Of a stretch of DNA of 64,000 nt, positions 23,162 to 36,013 are shown in pieces; within the stretch, counting starts at the first letter, position 1; every line of letters starts with the position of its first letter. A program made the translations under genes and the position numbers. Source of the stretch: Paraspadella gotoi. Its lineage: Eukaryota > Animalia > Chaetognatha. The notes beneath the pieces were generated by a model that made no database searches, was not told the DNA's origin, and saw only the letters and a list, made by a program, of their open reading frames with translations. The DNA lies in contig CM119268.1 in NCBI GenBank assembly GCA_051294375.1, positions 4,788,666 through 4,852,665 on the forward strand, read 5' to 3'.

Positions 23162-26100
23162 TCAGTTTCCGACGCCCTTCTCTTCAATGGGCGGGTAAAT
23201 CTCGCTCAGCTTTCCCTTGGGCCGACGCAGCCGCTTGCCATCAGCGTCTACCGCTTCAGCAGCCCCAGCGTCCCCGAATTCCGTCTGGGAAGAAACGACG
23301 GCGTCCTTGTCGTTGTTGTTGTTGTTGATTGCCGGACGATACTCTACCCGATTCCAAAGGAATTCCGACATCGCTCTTTTCTCTAGAACCTGAGAATTGG
23401 TGGAATTGGTGGAATTGGTGGAATTGGTTGAAAAGATGTCCGATATAAGTAACTATTGGAGATTTTAAAAATTAAAGTTTTGTAGGTTTTTTTAAATTTT
23501 CATCAAAATTTGCGAAAGTTGCTATTCTAATTATTATTTATGTGTTTTATTCGTTTACAACAAGTAACAGATACACACAAAAATGATATATTTTTAAAAT
23601 GTAACAAAATATAAATACTAAATTAACAGAAGGAAAAAATAAGAAATTAACAATTAGCTGACAAGATTTTTAGAATATTTTCCTTAGAGGAAAACAGCAA
23701 ACTTTAACTTTAACTTTAATTATACAATGAAAAAAACCAGAAACAAAACAAGAAATACTAATTTGAATAAAGAATTTTATTACAAAGTGTTAAGGCTTGT
23801 GCTAACCCGATAATCATGGCGCGACGCGATGAGTTCCGCTTCCATTTTCTCCAAAGCTTTTTCCTTCTCTTGACATTCGACTCGCTTGGCGGCCAAGTCT
23901 TCGCGGATCGACCTCTCGTAAAGGACTGGGGGGGAAGTTTTGGGGGGTGGATTGGGGGGGTAGTGGCAGAGGTGAATGGGGGATGCAGGAAAAGGGGGTT
24001 GTGGTGAATAGAATGGGAGGTGGGTGGATAAGGAAGAGACGTAAGTGGTTTCGAAGAAGTATCGTATGTGATATGGGGATGGTAATTTAGGTGGTTTTTT
24101 TTGTTGTTCATGATTGATAAAGTTTTCCGAGGTAATATTAACTGTTTTTCAATAAAAGTCACAATTAATAAAATTAATCTTTGGAAAGGCGTATTCGTCT
24201 TCACCCTGTATGACATTTCAAAGTTTCAAACAAAGTGAAATTCTTTTACCGAACAAGACAATTAAAATAGACCTATAGACGGACCTGGTCGGTAAGGCGG
24301 GCCAAAATTGATCGCTTTTTATCATTAAGAGTTCTGTAATATAAAATTTATTTGTCCATCATATACTTAATAAATATTTACTATCACTTTTAAAACTAGT
24401 GAAGCACAGTATAACATTGAAGCATTGAAATATTTATCAATGCATACAAAATTGTCTACACAAAGTATATAATGCGTTTTTCAATATTTCGATGATTAGT
24501 GGGTCAAATAATAGAAAAAATCATCATTATCATTGTTGTACCATAATTTTTTTTAGTTTTTGCTAATTTAAAGCATAAAACAAAAAAAAATGGAAATCTT
24601 GTAGTAATATTTTTTATTTATTTTTTTAATCTCTACCCGAATCAGTTTTTAAAAATTCTGATTTTGAAAAAAAAAATCATGATTTATAGTAATACGATAA
24701 ACTTTAAATGCTTCTATGTTATTAACTATATATAAAATCTTAATTTTTTTTTAATTTCGTTATCCCACGTTAACTATTTATATTACAGAACTCTTAGTTT
24801 TTACTTCGTTCCGCCTTACTGGTCGGCCTTGTGATGTGATTACTTGTCGTCATCGCGAATCATCAGAAAGCCGACGAATCACAGACCTTATTTCAACCTT
24901 GGACAGACCAATGACCGACAGAGAGATTAAGGGGTCGACGGCCGAGATTGCCGAGGGATCTCGAGGCATTCTCCTCAACATCCAAACTCAAGAAACATCT
25001 CTTCACCACATAATTACTGAATTGTTTATATTGTCGTCACCTTAATCATTGTCCGTCTTTAATACAACCATTGTCAATCAAATACTTGCCTTCAATTAAT
25101 AATTACCATCAACTATATCCCTCCCCCCAATTTCTAACCAACGACGAATCCAGCGACGATAATGGCGACGAGGACAAACGCGTCTTTGTCTTGTCTTTCT
25201 GAGAATCGATTCTTCTCTGTGATTACTCCGTCTTCTTTCTTCTTCCACTCTGTCTCGCTGACGACTCGCTCTCCCGATTTCGGCGCGAGGGCGAGAGCCG
25301 CGTTTAACTTCTCCTGTTGGAAAATATACAATTGAAACATTCTCTAAAATATTACATAGCTGAGCCAGATACTCTGGAGCGAATAAACTGTGTTATTATC
25401 GTTATGCTATGTTATTATCTTTCAAGAAGGATATAGGTCTTCGTCCACCAAAGCATGTCCATTGGACAACATCCAAAGTCAGGGACAATATAGCTTATTT
25501 ATTGTGATATAAATCCTTTCTTTTCGTTGTTTGAGAGAATTAGAGACAGTTTGAGTTTCAGCTTATTTATTAAATGAATAGATAATTATTATCTTGGTTG
25601 TGCGAACCCCTTTCATGACGTCTGGCGTTAAGCGTCCGAGATAAAAATTAGCGAATAAAAAAGTTGTTATTTTACTCATTGAATAAAAATACTTAAAATA
25701 CTTACAAAATACATAAAATTAATAAAATTATTATTGCGATAACATTGTTCAATCACATGCAATATATCTAGTGCCTTTTTTTTCATTGAAATCGATAGAT
25801 ATTAACTAAAAATATTAGAATTAAATTTTCTTTTTAATATAATAAGAGAACCAAACTTCCGTCACTTGATGTCGTCAGGTTACTAGTAAATATGCGTTTG
25901 AGAAATCCAAATCTGTTTTTAAAATTGACCTACGTAGACGCGCATAGACGCGATATGCCTTGAAAGCAAGTTGTTCCGTTACTGTTGAAAAAAAAGAAGT
26001 AAAAAATCATGTAGCAACCTTAAAAAACATATGATTTAAATATGAAAATTTATGAGTTCAAACTTTGTTCCCCCTGATTTAAAAACTACTGACATAGGGC

Positions 26101-27850
26101 TAAAAGACTGTATTATCAGATTGGTATTGGTCATCGTTTGAGGTGAAAATTAAAACCATTGCATAATGCCCATTAGCTAATTAATATAAAAAAAAATTAT
26201 TAAAATAACTACAATCTTTCAATAACACGCTAATGCATGTAGCTGTATGGTTAAATTATTGTTTTCATTTTTTATTATATACAATGCTCTTATCAATAAA
26301 GGGGTAAATTACGAAGAAAATGAGGTATTTCAAGGCTCTATATTGAGACTATGATATCAATTAATTTTCTTTGTTCCGGCAACGAAATGTACCTAAGACT
26401 TTGTAGTTTCATTAGCTAATCTTTATTTTTCTAATTTTAAAGGGCATGTTTGGCAAAAAACAGTCAGAAAAAAAAAATGATGATAAATTTTGAAGAAAAA
26501 TTTGGAATAATTGCTATTATTTCTTACTATGACGTCAAGTTATTTTTTTCGTTATGTGCTTGAAAGCTAGGCTAAACCCAACAGAATTGGAATCAGTGCA
26601 TGACCGCTGTATATTTATTTGAATTAATGAAAAAAAATCAATTCTGACAAAAAATTTCAAAATAAATTAATTAAAAAAAATTATTTTCGTCAATATTTAT
26701 GATACTGAAGATAAATTGAGTAGTTATAGACAGAATAATTCAAAATTTATTAGTCCTAATTATTACAAATGTAAATGATAAGTTTTATGCTGTGTCTAAC
26801 GAGGCCTGGCAGAAAAAAATTATTACAATTTTTTTTATTTTTATGTCATAATGATATCATAAAATAATTTTAATGCATCATGTGAGATATCATATGAAAG
26901 CTAACGATGTCTGCTACATGACAGCACGTGAAAAAAAATTGTCTTAATAAAAATAGAAAATCACCAGACTACCCTAAATATAGGGTTATATAAGGGTGTC
27001 TAACGGTTTTTTTCGGAAACGCCAAGTTCGGATCGTGATTTCCCAGAGGTACCCGACTTAGTTGAAAAGGGATTGTCGGTGCTGGTTGAAACTGTGCCAG
27101 TAAAGTGACTGAAATAAAGTGAGCTAACTTTTTTTTCCTCAGATTCCTTGCTTTCCGAAAATAGGCTTGCCTCCGGTGGTTTAACCGTCACTTGTAATAA
27201 TTCATATTTTTAATTTTCCCTATTTAAATAATAAAAATAAAAAAAAAATAATATTTTATTACCGTGATTTCAGAGTTCTCCGAATTGGCTTTCATAAGGT
27301 TTTGTTTACAAGTTAAAGATTCCGTTCTTAATTCTTCCACTTTTGTCTCCAGCAAAGTTTTTTGCTTGTCAAAGTTTTGTTTACAAGTTAAAGATTCCGT
27401 CTTTAATTCTTCCACTTTTGTCTCCAGAAAAGTTTTTTGCTCGTCAAAGTTTTTTTTACAAGTTAAAGATTCCGTCTTTAATTCTTCCACTTTTGTCTCC
27501 AGCAAAGTTTTTTGCTCGTCAAAGTTTTCTTTACAAGTTAAAGATTCCGTCTTTAATTCTTCCACTTTTGTCTCCAGCAAAGTTTTTTGCTTGTCAAAGT
27601 TTTCTTTACTAGTTAAAGATTCCATCTTTAATTCTTCCACTTTTGTCTCCAGCAAAGTTTTTTGCTCGTCAAAGTTTTCTTTACTAGTTAAAGATTCCGT
27701 CTTTAATTCTTCCACTTTTGTCTCCAGCAAAGTTTTTTGCTCGTCAAGGTTTTCTTCTGCCGAAGATTTCCAGAAAAAGTTTAACCCAAGAGCCACGACT
27801 ATTTGCAGCAAAATAAGCAGCAAAAAAAGCAGAGAGTTATATCTCGCCAT
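23162..27850 (-). CDS. Orphan single-pass membrane protein A: hydrophobic leader, 6 x 25-aa coiled-coil repeats, TM helix, cytoplasmic coiled coil (exons 27850-27263, 25313-25139, 23925-23807, 23389-23162)
   Basis: Four exons join in phase (0, 1, 0) through GT/AG junctions. Leader MARYNSLLFLLLILLQIVVALG. The TM segment AFVLVAIIVAGFVVVLY spans exons 2 and 3. Clear local similarity to the gene at 29289-32384. Confidence 0.75.
24282..24832. mobile_element. Possible MITE in intron 2 of membrane protein A
   Basis: GC-rich imperfect inverted ends (ggtcggtaaggcgg ... ccgccttactggtc) around a very AT-rich core. No TSD identified. Confidence 0.35.
27296..27752 (-). repeat. Coding tandem repeat, 75 bp x 6 (KENFDEQKTLLETKVEELKTESLTC)
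   Basis: Near-identical units visible in both the DNA and the translation. Confidence 0.95.
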
Positions 27851-28312
27851 TGCTTGATTATCTTGTTGAGCACTGGGAATTGGAACACATGAAAAGATAA
27901 AGGTATGCAAAACGTAGAATTTTAATAAACATATGTAAAACGTAAAATTTTGAATAAACATGCTTCTGGAAACAAAAATTATTTTCTCCGTTTAAAAATT
28001 GTAATAATTATGATTAAAAAATAACTATGTACATTTTAAGCGCAGGACGTGTCAAGCAGAACAGCTTACGTTTTGCCAGATATTATGTCTAATAATTGTT
28101 TTGTTTCATGGACCCTGATCGAAGATGATGTGTTAGCAAAGTATGACCATTTTCATGTCTAAAAGTCCTTAACAATTTTGTAAAATACTGACATGTAAAA
28201 TGTTGTATTTCAATGCCAAAAATTCGATTGATAAAAAATAAATGAGATAATAAAATGAAAATGGCAAGAGCATCCTTATTGAAATTACAGCGTAAAAATT
28301 AATTTAAAAAGG

Positions 28313-29112
28313 AACAAGTTTGAGCAAACAATGTCAGATCTGCCCACGATTATTAGCGGTAATTAATTAATTAATTAATTAATTAATACAAACTATATAT
28401 ACTAAATAATTTAATTAATAAATTAATTATTTTGATCCAAAATGTTTTTTTTAAGGTTTTTTCGTCACTGACCATGACAAAAGCAACGACGACGATGATG
28501 GCGATGACTACAATAATGCCGATAACGATTGACTTGATTGACTGATTAATTTATTAAATAATTAATTCATTTATAAATAAATTGATTGAATAATTAATTA
28601 ATAGATAACTAAATAAATTGTTTGAATATTTAATTGATCGATTAATTGACCAATTAATTAATCAGTTAATTAATTGATTAATTAACTGATTAATTAGTTG
28701 ATTAATTAATACATCTTGCATTTACATTTAATATAAAAAGAAAAAGAAGCATAATCAATTAGTGAAACAGGTTTTTTGTTTTTTCCATTTAAACTCATTT
28801 CCACTCGCACGATTCCATCGAAACTTGATTTCCAACTCAATCACACACTTCCCTACCCACACAAAATTTAATCAAAAATCCATCCATCCAATCACGAGTA
28901 ATTGGAGTTTTTTGCTAGGGTGGGACGGACGGACAGACAGACATACAGACGGACGGACATTGTTTTTTTGTTTTTTTTTGCATAATTTATTATAATTCGA
29001 TATTCTGACATGATATATGTGAATGCCCGACAAGATTGAGGGGGCGGACTGATGGACCGACAAAGTGAATTATAGAGTCGGGATCTGCTGAAAGCAGATC
29101 CGACTAAAAAAA
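28313..29112 (+). mobile_element. Non-autonomous Helentron/DINE-1-like element
   Basis: A 5' subterminal gtc(a/g)gatctgc is inverted against the 3' gcagatccgac. It has a 3' hairpin gtcgggatctgc-tgaaa-gcagatccgac, a (GACR)n microsatellite and A-rich termini. Confidence 0.7.
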
Positions 29113-29288
29113 TTTCACTCATCCGTAATGGAAGCGGCTCAAAACGGGGAAAAAAAGGGGAGAGAGGGGGTAGAGATAATCGGAATTACCGTCCCACTTC
29201 TCATTTGAATGTAAACAAGTATTCATCAAATACATAGGGCCATATCGTGAATTTAAGTATTTTTCATTTCGATCTTCGATCTTCGATG

Positions 29289-31364
29289 TCAATCTTTATC
29301 TTTCTTCCCTTTCCTCTTCCTCGCTCCGCTCTTCCCGATCTCCTCCCTCCCTTCCTCGTCCTGAATTGGCGGGACCTTCCGACCGACTACATCCGGTCGA
29401 CGCTCGACGACATCATCCCAACCGGGGGCCGAAGCGGAGGGGGAATCGCCGGAGGGATTGCCCGAAAAAGGGCCGGATGGAGTGGCCGAGAAAGGGCCGG
29501 TGGGAGTGGCCGAGAAAGGGCCGGTGGGAGTGGCCGAGAAAGGGCCGAAACCATTTGAGCAAGAAGCGAAGGAAGTGCCGTTTGAATCAGGCAAAGAAAG
29601 GCTGCCGGGAGACGCCATGGATTTGCCGGTTGGATCGGTCGAGGAACATTTGTAATTTTGCTCATCGTTTTTAGATTCGTGTTGCTTTGCCGAATCATAA
29701 AAGACAGAATCGGACGTCGACTTTCGAATGTTTTCGATCTTCGATCCAGAACGAGGCAGTGGTTTGACGACCGACGCATCCGCGCCGCCAGTAGCGCCCC
29801 GAGAGGCTCGTCCAGAGGCGCCCGGGGTCCGCGGGGAATCAAGATCGACGGAAGAGGATGTGGAGACCCCGGAATCGATAAAATCGGCGTCGCCGGCGTC
29901 GGTTCCTTGGAGTCCGGCGTCGTTTCCGATGATGTCAGCTTGAAAAAAAAAAATTTCTCTAAAAATATTTGAGTAATATTTCTTTAATCTTTCATTAAAA
30001 GCGTTGTGTTTATTTAATCTAATTTAATGGGTTCTTTTTGTCTATTTTTTTTTTTTTTTTTTTAGTCGGATTCGCTTATCAGCAGATTCCGACTCTATAA
30101 TTCACTTTGTCGGTTCGTCAGTCCCACCCCTAAATCTTGTTGGTAAATCATTTTTATCACATCAGAACATCATATTATGCTAAATTAAGCAAAAAAACGA
30201 TGTCCGTCTGTCTGTCTGTCTGTCCATCCTTCTGTCCGTCCCCCCTTAGCAAATAACTCCAATTACTCGGGATTGGATGGTTGGATTGGAATGAAATTTT
30301 GTGTGTGGGTAGGAAAATGCGTGATTGAGTGGGATATAAAGTTTCCATGGAATTGTGCGAATTACTCAAATTAATTATAATTGGATAGATAGATTGAGAT
30401 TAAATTTAGTGTGTGGGTAGGAAAGTATGTGATGAAGCTGGATATAAAGTTTAGATGGAATCGTGCAAGTGAAAATTAGATTAAATGGAAAAAACATAAG
30501 TCATTTTTATTTGAATCTTTTTAATAAGTTTAATCCATAATTAATCGATTTATTCATAATTAGATGGATAGAATGAGATAAAATTTTGTGTGTGGGTAAG
30601 AAAGTGTGTGATTGAGCAGGATATAAAGTTTCGTTGGAATGAAGGAGTGGAAATGAGTTTGTATGGAAAAAACTAAAGTCAAGTCGACTTGATTTTTTAT
30701 TATTGATGCTTACTCATGAATGTTTAATTAATTAATTAAGTCAAAAAATGATGCAATTTGAAAAAATGATGCAAGTTAAAAAAATATGCATATTGAAAAA
30801 ATGATGTGAATTGAAAGATTGTTGCAAGCAGAAAGAATGATGCAAGTTAAAAGAATGATGCAAGTTAAAAGAATGATGCAAGTTAAAAGAATGATGCAAG
30901 TGGAAAAAATGATCCAAGTTGAAAGAATGATGCAAGTTAAAAGAATGATGCAATTTGAAAAAATGATGCAAGTTGATAAAATGATGCAGGTTGAAAAAAA
31001 TGATGCAAGTTGAAAAAAGATGCAAGTTAAAAAAATTATGCGAGTTGAAAAAATGATAAAAATTTGAAAAATAATGCAAGTTAAAAAAATGATGCTAGTT
31101 AAAAAAATTCTGCATGTTAAAAAAATGATGCAAGTTGAAAAAATGATGCAAGTTGAAAAAATGATGCAAGTTGAAAAATGATGCAAGTTGAAAAATGATG
31201 CAAGTTGAAAAAATGATGCAAGTTTTAAAAAATGATGCAAGTTGAAAAAATGATGCAAGTTGAAAAAATGATGCAAGTTGAAAAAAATGGTGCAAGTTGA
31301 AAAAATGATACAAGTGGAAAAAATTATTTGTACTTTATTTGTAATTATTTTTACTTTAGTATTT

Positions 31365-31409
<45 letters not shown>

Positions 31410-32114
31410 TCTGATTACCGCTTAATTATCGTGGGCAGATCCGACATTGTTTGCTCAAACTTGTTTTATCATACATGAATTTAAGTGTATTGAATTACTT
31501 GGACCAATTTCATAAAATAACAAAAAATTTAAAAATTAAAAAAACATGCAATTTATTTTATTTCACCTGCAGCAGTTGCCGTAGATGCTGATCCCAACGT
31601 CTCTACCGCCGCCTCGCCCGCTGCGGAAGATCCGGCAGCAGCCTCGATTCCGAGCCGTGACGCCTTAACCCTTTGAATAATATCCTCCAACATCATTTTT
31701 CGTAGAGGATCGTCGTTGAGCGCCCTCAATCGAGCCAGCTCCATCCCTTGTTTGAAGATGATGAACCCGAAAAGGCCGAGGAACCCGAACCAAACGAAAT
31801 TGTTCAGTAGCTGCTGTTGGTTCAATTCGGCCAGTCGCTGCAAGGATCGATCCTTCTCGTTGGCTTCAGCGGTCAACAAGCGTTTCCACTCCGCCTTGTC
31901 GACGGCCACTTGATCCGGCTTCACCGCGCGAGCCTTGGCGTCTTCCAGATCATCCTGCAAATGAAATATGTTTATGAATTAATCGTACGTTTATTTGAGG
32001 TTGACTGAGACATAGAGATAACGTTGTATTGAGAGTGGATCTTATAAATGCGATAAGAGTTACTATGTTGATTGGATAGTTGATTGATTATAGATACATT
32101 AAATTATTTCACCA

Positions 32115-32190
<76 letters not shown>

Positions 32191-32384
32191 ACCCTCAAAG
32201 CATTCTTCTCCTCCAAGGCTTGGCTCAAACTAAGTTTGCATGTCGAGAGCGTAGTGTCTAGATTGTCGACGCGAGATTCCAACATCGCGTTGCGCCTCCT
32301 TGAATTATCCACATCCCCATTGCACCCCAAGGTCGTTGCAGCCTGCAGCAACAGGAGGAACAAAACCGCCGGGCTCGGCGTCAT
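29289..32384 (-). CDS. Orphan single-pass membrane protein B: signal peptide, coiled coil, TM helix, long Ser/Gly/Pro-rich tail (exons 32384-32193, 31954-31567, 29938-29289)
   Basis: Leader MTPSPAVLFLLLLQAATTLG and TM FVWFGFLGLFGFIIF. Exons join in phase (0, 1). Exon 3 is open for 650 nt, with GPFSATPT repeats and a basic C-terminus. Confidence 0.75.
30063..31467 (-). mobile_element. Non-autonomous Helentron/DINE-1-like element with expanded internal 18-19-bp array (30745-31320)
   Basis: Same termini, hairpin and (GTCY)n tract as 28313-29112, in opposite orientation. Internal (aaaaaatgatgcaagttg)n array. Confidence 0.7.
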
Positions 32385-32582
32385 ATTCAAGATTGCTCAC
32401 AGAAGTAAAAATAGCAACAAGTCTTTTTACTTAAAATCCAACATATCATTGGATCCTGAATGAAAAAAAAAAACTTACAGCAAAGTTAAATACGTAAATA
32501 CGCAAATGTTATAAAAAGTAGCGAAGGTCAAACATCCTCAATTTATTTTTCATCTTGCGTCGTCTGTCTGTCTGTCTTTCTG

Positions 32583-32641
<59 letters not shown>

Positions 32642-32908
32642 ATCTCTACTTCAGTTTTCTCTTTCTCTAACTGCTGCTCTCCTTTTCCCCATTTTTCATA
32701 TCATCTTTGCCTTTTTTCAAATGGAGCTTCAAAAACGCCCAATTCAGACGATAAAAACTTTTCTAATTCTAAACATTTTTTTTTCTTTGACAGACACAGA
32801 CAACAAACCGCCTTGGAGTTATCGTCTCGACGCAATGGAAAAAATAAAAAGAAAATACCTAAAATTAAACAATAAGGATATAATAATTAATGGAACCATT
32901 GTACTCAG

Positions 32909-33750
32909 GCCGCGAGAGATAAAATCAGAGCGTCACTCTCATCAAAGATTCAAGTTTGGGAATTTTCAAGAGACTCATCGCGAACGAAGGATTCACCAGG
33001 TGCCGCCTCTCCCGTCCGTTTGTCTGTTGCGTCGGCTGCAGATTTAACAGCGTCGCCTCCTGCAGCAGAATCCGCGGAGTCCATCGCAGGTGAATCAGCA
33101 GCGGCGCCTTTTGCGGCGTCTCCTGCAGCAGAATCCGCGGGGTCGGTATTGACGTTAATCCGGTAAGACGAGAGGAAGAAGAAGACGAGGAGAGACAGAA
33201 TCGATATGAGAACGTAGACGAAGTATGGGAGGGAGAAGATACATCCGGTGAGAGCCTGGAGGGCGAGGGAAGAAAGAAGTGTATCAATTGTTAAATAAAG
33301 TCTTTAAGACGGAGTTAATTAACTTCATTTAGTTTTATTACATGCCCAATATTAAATACTTAATTCCATATCTAAATAACATATTTAACATAAACCATAT
33401 CTAATCATGTGTAATTATTTATAACATATTTTAACTTAGTTTAAACTAAAGTTAAACTCAGTTACAGTGCAAACAATTTTTTTTTTCAATCTAACATCAT
33501 TACATTTTTTTTTTTTGCATCCATAAAGCAAGGTACTAATTACTGCGATCGCTCAGTGTCACACAAGTTCGAACCGAGACATGCTCGCGTGTCAGGAAGC
33601 GTGCGGTCAATTTCAATATCAAATCAAAACTGCTCAATTCTCGTGAACGGTGATCATGTGAGGGTTCCTGGACACATCCCCCTCCCAACTCTAGCTTTGC
33701 CAGAGACCGTACAGTGTTGTACTGTACTGTATTGTACTGTATTGATTTAA
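32909..33750 (+). CDS. Orphan low-complexity/acidic protein with C-terminal RHIM-like motif, probable paralogue of 19964-22254 (exons 32909-33247, 33533-33750; 5' end unresolved; 1-nt frameshift at G-run ~33139-33142)
   Basis: The last exon encodes RVSGSVRSISISNQNCSILVNGDHVRVPGH. The preceding exon has an acidic tract EEEEDEE and a phase-1 GTGAG donor matching the acceptor phase. The model needs one extra base to stay open. Confidence 0.45.
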
Positions 33751-36013
33751 TATCACGTGATAAGCCCAATCTTTTAGTCTTTTAAAAACATTTCTTCGAC
33801 TCTGATGACGCTGTTGGCGCGCCCTTACCTCTCTTCTCTCGCCAAGCGTCTCCAAGGCCGCATAAACTCTCCGACACGCCTCCTCGCTCTTTTTCGACGC
33901 CACCGTCAACTCCCCCGACAACGCCTCTTCGAAATCTTGGTCGCGCATCGTGGAGATCGCGAGTCTCAGCGACGAAATCTCCGCGGCTAAATCGACGTGG
34001 CTGCAAGGCGAATCGTCGATCTTCGTCGTTGTTCGTCGCGCGTCTTCGTCGATCTTTTCCTTCAACTCTGAATTTCGTTTCTCTAAATCCGCGCGCGATT
34101 TCTTCTCTCTTCTTAAACTCGCCTTCAATTCGATCTGTTTCTTCACCGCCTCGACTCCTACTCTCGCTGTCTCGCTCTCCATCTCTTTCTGTCTTCTCTC
34201 CATCTCGCTCTCCATCTTTTTCTTTTCCTTCTCCATCTCGCACTCCATCTCTGTCTTCATTCTCTTACTCTCAATCGCGGTCTCTGCCCTCAGTCGTTCT
34301 GCCTCGTTATGCTATATGGATGCAAAAAAAAAAAAATTATGGTTTCGATGAAAAAGAGAGTAAATAAATTTGTCAAACTACAACAACATACATAAATTGT
34401 ACATTCGCAAACTGGAACCTTCCAGAAAATACCATAAGTAATTTGGATTGGGAAGGTGCTTGTGCATAGTGGCGAGGGTTATTCTTTACAGTTACTGATT
34501 CTAAGCAAGTCAAATAAAAACAATTTCTGACCAAAATCCCAGTCAGCGACAGTAATTTTTTTTAAATTAAATTTTTTTTTAAACCCCATTTTTGTTCCTT
34601 AATCCATGAACTTAACTTAACCCATAAACTAATCCCAAACACTAATCCATAATCCCTTACCCAATACTTGACCCTAACCCAAATCCCTAACTCGAACCCC
34701 TATTAATAACCAACCGAATCTCTAACCCAAATCATTAATCTCTAATCGCGAAAATGAGGCGTTTTGCGAAAATAAGGCCAAAATTTTTGCCAATTATAAA
34801 TATAAAAATAAACATAAGAAAAGCATGCGAAAGCCGCCCCGCCGCCCCCTCCCCTCAACCTCACCGCAGCATCGACCTTCCCTCGAAGCATCTTCACTTC
34901 TTCCTTCAATTCTTTCGTCGTCACGACTTCCATCTCCACGCGAAACTTCAACTCGTCAACTTTACTTTTCAACTCTTCGTTTTCTCTTCTCAACTCTTCT
35001 CGTTCCGAACGAAAGTGTCGACGCCATTTCGACTCAGCCTGGCGAAAAAGTTGAGGAGGGGGGGGCGGGAGAATTGGAAAGGGGTGGGCGGGGAATGGAA
35101 GGGGGGATGGCTTTAAATGGTCGCTGAATAGCGTGGTAGTTTTACGGATGAGCATTGAGCAATAAGGCGTAGTAAAATTTCTAAATTTAACTTTAATTAA
35201 AATTCTAAAAGTGAGGAACGAACAAAATTATACTAATGAACATTTATGTAATAAAAAAATTTATAATAAATTTTATAATGTACGAAGTAGGCTATATTTA
35301 TACTAGTACTAATCCAATAAAAGTTAAAATTTCAAAAAAGTTTTTTCAAAGATTTTTTTGCAGATTTGGATTCGTCATAAAAAGTTGATAAAAAGAAATA
35401 TAACTCTTTTTGAAAAATTCCTTCATTAAGTTGGTCAAAAATTAGAAAAAGCTATATTTTAAGCTGAAAATTAATTTTTTATATATTAAATATAGTTTTT
35501 TTTTATTTTTAACCCACTTAATGAAATAATTTTTAAAAAAGATTTATATTTTCTTTTATCAACTTTTGACGAGGACTTCAAATCTGCAATCAAAATTAAG
35601 AAAAGCTTATTTTGAAATTTTTCGATTTTATAAGGATAGTACTAATTTTAGTACTATATATAAATATAGCCTAATGCGAAAATTAAAAAACATAAAATTA
35701 ATTACAAATTAATGTTCACTGATGGTATGTTGTTCATAATTGACTTTTATAATTTCCGTACGTAACTTTCACTACGCTCCAATGAGCAACAATCTCCTGG
35801 CCACAATCTCGCCACAAAGCTCGCCCACATTCTACCCCACACCCGCCTCATGTACTCTCCCCTTTCCCTAACAAGCTGGTCGTACTTCCGCCCACAATCT
35901 CCCCACGAATCCCAGCCACAATTTCTCCCCCACACCTGCGTCATATACTCCTGCCTCTGCGCGACGAGTAGCTCGTTCTCCCGACGACAGTCTTCGCGAA
36001 GCGTCTGCTCCAT
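33691..36013 (-). CDS. Orphan coiled-coil protein (exons >=36013-35936, 35038-34865, 34311-33691)
   Basis: Three E/K/R-rich heptad exons joined in phase 0 through GT/AG junctions. The frame stays open upstream of Met 36013 through a hydrophobic stretch, so the start is uncertain. Confidence 0.65.
35161..35783 (-). mobile_element. MITE-like DNA element (family of 4582-5562 and 41061-41676)
   Basis: Colinear and highly similar to 41061-41676, with inverted termini gcgtagt/actacgc. Confidence 0.75.

Noticed and set aside
25606-26998. Possible piggyBac-like MITE (ccctttcatgac ... gttatataaggg)
   Set aside because: The TIR match is weak, there is no TTAA duplication, and no second copy occurs in the window.
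30741-31313. His/Phe/Cys-rich ORFs
   Set aside because: They derive from the internal tandem array of the DINE-like element.
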